Below, in pieces: positions 1 through 1,240 of a stretch of 1,240 bases of DNA (within the stretch, counting starts at the first letter, position 1; every line of letters starts with the position of its first letter). The translations under genes and the position numbers were made by a program. The notes under the pieces were generated by a model. It worked only from the letters and a program-made list of their open reading frames with translations. It did not search any database and was not told the DNA's origin. The DNA comes from Naegleria gruberi (taxonomy: Eukaryota), in the NCBI GenBank assembly GCA_000004985.1, contig GG739484.1. One strand, written 5' to 3'.

Positions 1-1
1 A

Positions 2-109
2 CATATTGTTTTGTGTCTTTCAGGTGATGAATGTAATCCTTTAAGATTAGCAATTTTTGTCAATGATTATGAAGGTGAAGATTCACAGGTTGCATTGGAG
101 CTTGAATAG
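2..109 (+). CDS. Possible 3' end of a gene entering from the left edge (35 codons plus TAG); product unknown
   Basis: The frame starting at position 2 is open from the window edge and reads HIVLCLSGDECNPLRLAIFVNDYEGEDSQVALELE*, with stop TAG at 107-109. The peptide is not low-complexity. It uses the same preferred codons (ggt, gaa, gat, tta, aga, att, gtt) as the two complete ORFs. Its orientation is convergent with the 309..524 ORF, leaving about 200 bp for two 3' UTRs. Caveats: only 35 codons are visible, and the opposite strand is also open over 63..173. Confidence 0.35.
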   Translation, partial: HIVLCLSGDECNPLRLAIFVNDYEGEDSQVALELE

Positions 110-260
110 CATCATCCACCAATCCAAATTGTTTTTTTAATTCCTCAATATCAGTTGCACCATCATATGTTCTTCACAAAATGAAACAAGCTGATAGTGA
201 ACACATCAGATTCTGCAAATACTGGAACATTTGATTTTCAACTCTTTGTTATTATTTTGG

Positions 261-272
261 TTTTATTTACAA
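261..272 (-). terminator. Putative polyadenylation / 3'-end element TTGTAAATAAAA (contains AATAAA) for the 309..524 ORF
   Basis: The minus strand reads TTGTAAATAAAA, beginning 36 nt after the TAG stop of the 71-aa ORF. An identical 12-mer lies 40 nt after the stop of the 97-aa ORF (1074..1085). Confidence 0.45.
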
Positions 273-308
273 TGAATGCCTAGGGTTCAAAATGATGAGT
301 TGGGGAGA

Positions 309-524
309 CTACCACTTTTTGAATTTTTTGTTTCTCATTTCCAAAGTGTTATGTGATTGAGATTTGGAAGTTTTGCTTGTTTCACTTCCAATAGAATTCA
401 ATGTTTTGTAATCAATTAAATTTCTTCTTCTTGTTCCACCCACAATATTATCCAATGAAATTTCGGAATTAAATTGTGAAGTGTTATTGGAGGAATTATA
501 CATATTTCTCCTTGTTGAGACCAT
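309..524 (-). CDS. Small basic Ser/Asn/Lys-rich protein (71 aa) with a CHZ-like motif (SLDNIVGGTRRRNLIDYK); paralog of the 740..1033 ORF
   Basis: Complete ORF from ATG (524-522) to TAG (311-309). The start context is AAGAAAATGG, with A at -3. An in-frame TGA lies 11 codons upstream, so this is the first ATG. The motif encoded at 405..461 matches 11 of 19 residues of the motif in the divergent ORF, including a shared nucleotide 9-mer GGAACAAGA (429..437 reverse complement versus 881..889). The N-terminus (RNxxNSS) and C-terminus (NKKFKKW versus NKKITKSKKM) also align. By length alone a 71-codon frame is only modestly unusual in AT-rich DNA. The paralogy is the main support. Confidence 0.6.
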   Translation of the reverse strand: MVSTRRNMYNSSNNTSQFNSEISLDNIVGGTRRRNLIDYKTLNSIGSETSKTSKSQSHNTLEMRNKKFKKW

Positions 525-533
525 TTTCTTATT

Positions 534-550
534 GTTATTTTCTTTTGTTG
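534..550 (-). promoter_or_regulatory. Conserved leader element CAACAAAAGAAAATAAC (copy upstream of the 71-aa ORF)
   Basis: The minus strand reads CAACAAAAGAAAATAAC and ends 9 nt before the ATG. It matches CAACAAAACAAAATAAC at 701..717 on the plus strand at 16 of 17 positions. Confidence 0.45.
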
Positions 551-583
551 GTTTTCATTAAATTTCTTTCATCAAAATATTAA

Positions 584-591
584 TATAAAAA
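584..591. promoter_or_regulatory. TATA-box-like element TATAAAAA, overlapping the 10-bp palindrome ATATTAATAT (577..586)
   Basis: It matches the TATA(A/T)A(A/T)(A/G) consensus. It lies 60 bp upstream of the minus-strand ATG and about 150 bp upstream of the plus-strand ATG. TATA-like strings are common in AT-rich DNA, so this is weak. Confidence 0.3.
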
Positions 592-609
592 TTCAAACTT
601 CTTGTGATG

Positions 610-624
610 AGTGGAAAATCCACT
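610..624. repeat. Perfect short palindrome/hairpin AGTGGA-AAA-TCCACT
   Basis: The 6-bp arms at 610..615 and 619..624 are exact reverse complements separated by a 3-nt spacer. Confidence 0.6.
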
Positions 625-651
625 AAAAATCGGAATCATAAAATTAGTGGA
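619..651. repeat. Inverted repeat TCCACTAA ... TTAGTGGA (8-bp arms, 17-nt spacer)
   Basis: 619..626 and 644..651 are exact reverse complements. The centre (about 635) is close to the midpoint (632) between the two ATGs. The left arm overlaps the right arm of the 610..624 palindrome. Confidence 0.6.
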
Positions 652-701
652 ATCATCATGGAAATAAATAGATAATTGGTATCGGATGATGATATTTCCA
701 C
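647..701. repeat. Imperfect inverted repeat GTGGAATCATCAT ... ATGATGATATTTCCAC
   Basis: The left arm at 647..659 is GTGGAA-TCATCAT. The reverse complement of 686..701 is GTGGAA-ATA-TCATCAT. That gives 13 matched positions with one 3-nt indel and a 26-nt spacer. The direct repeat GGAATCAT also occurs at 632..639 and 649..656. Confidence 0.55.
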
Positions 702-717
702 AACAAAACAAAATAAC
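701..717 (+). promoter_or_regulatory. Conserved leader element CAACAAAACAAAATAAC (copy upstream of the 97-aa ORF)
   Basis: It matches the reverse complement of 534..550 at 16 of 17 positions and ends 22 nt before the ATG at 740. It is followed by a local ATAAC duplication (ATAACTAAATAAC). Confidence 0.45.
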
Positions 718-739
718 TAAATAACAAATACTAATCAAA

Positions 740-1033
740 ATGCCAGCTAGAAATACTTCATCAAATTCTTCATCTTCCGAAGATAGAATTCCAACAAAAA
801 CAGTCTGGTCAAGATCTAAACCAATCGATTTATCTAAAAGATTACCATTATTTGATATTGATACATCTAATATTATTAGTGGAACAAGACATCGTAATAA
901 TATTGATTATCATCATGCAAATTTAAATGGTAAACAAATTTCAGTGAAAAGATCTTCTAAAAATTCAATTGAAAAGAGAGCTAAACAATCAACCACCACT
1001 AATAAGAAGATTACCAAATCGAAAAAGATGTAA
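740..1033 (+). CDS. Small basic protein (97 aa) with a CHZ-like (Chz1-type histone H2A.Z-H2B chaperone) motif DIDTSNIISGTRHRNNIDYHH; otherwise uncharacterised
   Basis: Complete ORF from ATG 740 to TAA 1031-1033. The start context is ATCAAAATGC, with A at -3, and an in-frame TAA lies 6 codons upstream. A 97-codon open frame is uncommon in DNA this AT-rich because stop codons are AT-rich. Codon use is strongly biased (all 5 Pro are CCA, 7 of 8 Arg are AGA, all 4 Leu are TTA). The motif at 857..913 resembles the Chz1 CHZ motif as I recall it. It is paralogous to the divergent 71-aa ORF. The Lys/Arg-rich C-terminal third (KRSSKNSIEKRAK...NKKITKSKKM) is NLS-like. Confidence 0.72.
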   Translation: MPARNTSSNSSSSEDRIPTKTVWSRSKPIDLSKRLPLFDIDTSNIISGTRHRNNIDYHHANLNGKQISVKRSSKNSIEKRAKQSTTTNKKITKSKKM

Positions 1034-1073
1034 ATTACACTGAAATATTGAATCACTTTTAAATTATCCTAAT

Positions 1074-1085
1074 TTGTAAATAAAA
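1074..1085 (+). terminator. Putative polyadenylation / 3'-end element TTGTAAATAAAA (contains AATAAA at 1079..1084) for the 740..1033 ORF
   Basis: It begins 40 nt after the TAA stop and is identical to the 12-mer on the minus strand at 261..272. A second AATAAA lies at 1109..1114. Confidence 0.45.
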
Positions 1086-1089
1086 AAAG

Positions 1090-1119
1090 AAAATTGAGAT
1101 TTATTTCGAATAAAATTGA
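1090..1119 (+). repeat. Direct repeat of the octamer AAAATTGA (1090..1097 and 1112..1119)
   Basis: Two exact copies start 22 bp apart in the region downstream of the 97-aa ORF. Function is unknown. Confidence 0.4.
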
Positions 1120-1156
1120 TATCTTGCACGATTTTCCAGTTCTATCATAAATGCAC

Positions 1157-1240
1157 TCACCCAGCACAAATGACAATATGTATATCATTACAAAAAAACA
1201 ATATATTCGGATAATGACAAGTTGCACATCTCTCTAATCG
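1157..1240 (-). CDS. Very tentative 3' end of a minus-strand gene entering from the right edge (27 codons plus TGA); product unknown
   Basis: The minus-strand frame is open from the edge and reads RLERCATCHYPNILFFCNDIHIVICAG*, with stop TGA at 1159-1157. It would be convergent with the 97-aa ORF, and an AATAAA lies on the minus strand at 1100..1105. It is short and uses codons not seen in the other ORFs (cga, ccg, ggg, ata), so it could easily be noncoding. Confidence 0.2.
   Translation of the reverse strand, partial: RLERCATCHYPNILFFCNDIHIVICAG

Larger units (their letters stand above)
525..739. promoter_or_regulatory. Shared divergent (bidirectional) promoter and 5'-leader region between the two paralogous ORFs
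   Basis: 215 bp lie between two outward-facing ATGs. The region contains a TATA-like element, nested palindromes and a conserved leader element present once per gene in mirror orientation. Confidence 0.55.

Noticed and set aside
11-25. Metazoan-style splice acceptor (ttgtgtctttcag|gt) at the left edge
   Set aside because: The plus-strand frame is open straight through it, so no intron is required. Codon usage elsewhere (TTA-rich Leu) fits a yeast-like genome, where such acceptors are not diagnostic.
63-173. Minus-strand open frame of 37 codons (TYDGATDIEELKKQFGLVDDAIQAPMQPVNLHLHNH*) as a terminal exon of a spliced gene
   Set aside because: It is bounded upstream by an in-frame TGA (176..174). 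The only ATG in the frame lies 12 codons before the stop. I found no convincing yeast-type 5' splice site (GTATGT/GTAAGT) or TACTAAC branch point upstream on that strand. The upstream space is occupied by the 71-aa ORF and its AATAAA element. It is probably an antisense open frame of the plus-strand reading.
283-292. tRNA T-loop-like string GGGTTCAAAA
   Set aside because: The flanking bases cannot form the 5-bp T-stem (TAGGG versus TGATG). No acceptor, D or anticodon arms can be drawn around it.
174-524. Read-through of the 71-aa ORF under a ciliate nuclear code (TAA/TAG = Gln), which would extend it to the TGA at 176..174
   Set aside because: The extension crosses the TTGTAAATAAAA element and a TAATAA run that look like 3'-UTR sequence. 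The partner ORF would gain only 6 codons. The paralog alignment ends neatly at the standard-code stops (AAAAAG-TGG-TAG versus AAAAAG-ATG-TAA).
604-610. C/D-box snoRNA candidates suggested by several RTGATGA C-box-like strings (24..30, 292..298, 604..610, 686..692, and ATGATGA on the minus strand at 653..659)
   Set aside because: No CTGA D box lies at a suitable distance downstream of the intergenic copies. The only pairing I could build (C box 24..30 with CTGA 191..194) is about 170 nt long and has a poor, out-of-register terminal stem. TGATGA/TCATCA is simply frequent in this AT-rich sequence.
1098-1115. Apparent hairpin around the TTCGAA palindrome (gatttatTTCGAAtaaaatt) as a terminator or giant-virus polyadenylation hairpin
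   Set aside because: Only the central 6-bp TTCGAA is self-complementary. The flanking A/T bases fall out of register, so no stable stem forms.
1157-1181. Possible outer inverted repeat. Positions 1..27 (acatattgttttgtgtctttcaggtga) resemble the reverse complement of 1181..1157 (acatattgtcatttgtgctgggtga), giving HIVLCLSG versus HIVICAG in translation. This hints that the duplication might extend to the flanking genes.
   Set aside because: Only a 9-mer plus two short blocks match, and that needs two gaps. The similarity vanishes immediately afterwards. The distances from the respective inner genes differ by about 160 bp. By eye it is indistinguishable from chance in AT-rich DNA. A formal local alignment with shuffled controls would be needed.
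1-1240. Prokaryotic reading of the window (operon, toxin-antitoxin-like pair of small divergent genes, Shine-Dalgarno sites, rho-independent terminators, CRISPR or IS elements)
   Set aside because: No purine-rich ribosome-binding sites lie upstream of either ATG. No GC-rich stem plus T-tract terminators are present. There are no spaced direct repeats of CRISPR type and no terminal inverted repeats flanking a transposase-like ORF. The low-complexity Ser/Asn/Lys-rich proteins, A-rich start contexts and AATAAA elements fit a eukaryotic-type locus better.

Overview
This is an AT-rich window. It looks eukaryotic, or possibly like a large AT-rich DNA virus, and not bacterial. Neither complete ORF has a Shine-Dalgarno sequence. 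Both ATGs sit in A-rich contexts with A at -3, and AATAAA-type signals follow both stop codons. Codon choices (AGA Arg, TTA/TTG Leu, CCA Pro, CAA Gln, GGT Gly, ATT Ile) resemble AT-rich budding yeasts such as the Candida/Debaryomycetaceae type, but I cannot assign a species from the sequence alone. The core is two small ORFs transcribed divergently from a 215-bp shared intergenic region: 309..524 on the minus strand (71 aa) and 740..1033 on the plus strand (97 aa). They appear to be head-to-head paralogs. They share a 19-residue motif (I-x3-NI-x2-GTR-x-RN-x-IDY), similar Ser/Asn-rich N-termini, Lys-rich C-terminal tails, a 16/17-identical element in the 5' leaders and an identical 12-mer containing AATAAA at matching positions in the 3' UTRs. 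The motif in the 97-aa protein (DIDTSNIISGTRHRNNIDYHH) closely resembles, from my memory of the sequence, the CHZ motif of the yeast H2A.Z-H2B chaperone Chz1 (EIDTSNIITSGRRTRGKVIDYKK). Unlike Chz1, both proteins here are tiny and basic. The shared promoter holds a dense set of nested palindromes built on GTGGAA/TTCCAC and ATGATGA/TCATCAT. Short open frames run into both window edges and may be 3' ends of flanking convergent genes, but this is weakly supported. I see no rRNA, tRNA, CRISPR array or recognisable mobile element. All homology statements rest on reading by eye and recall, and need HMM or BLAST confirmation.
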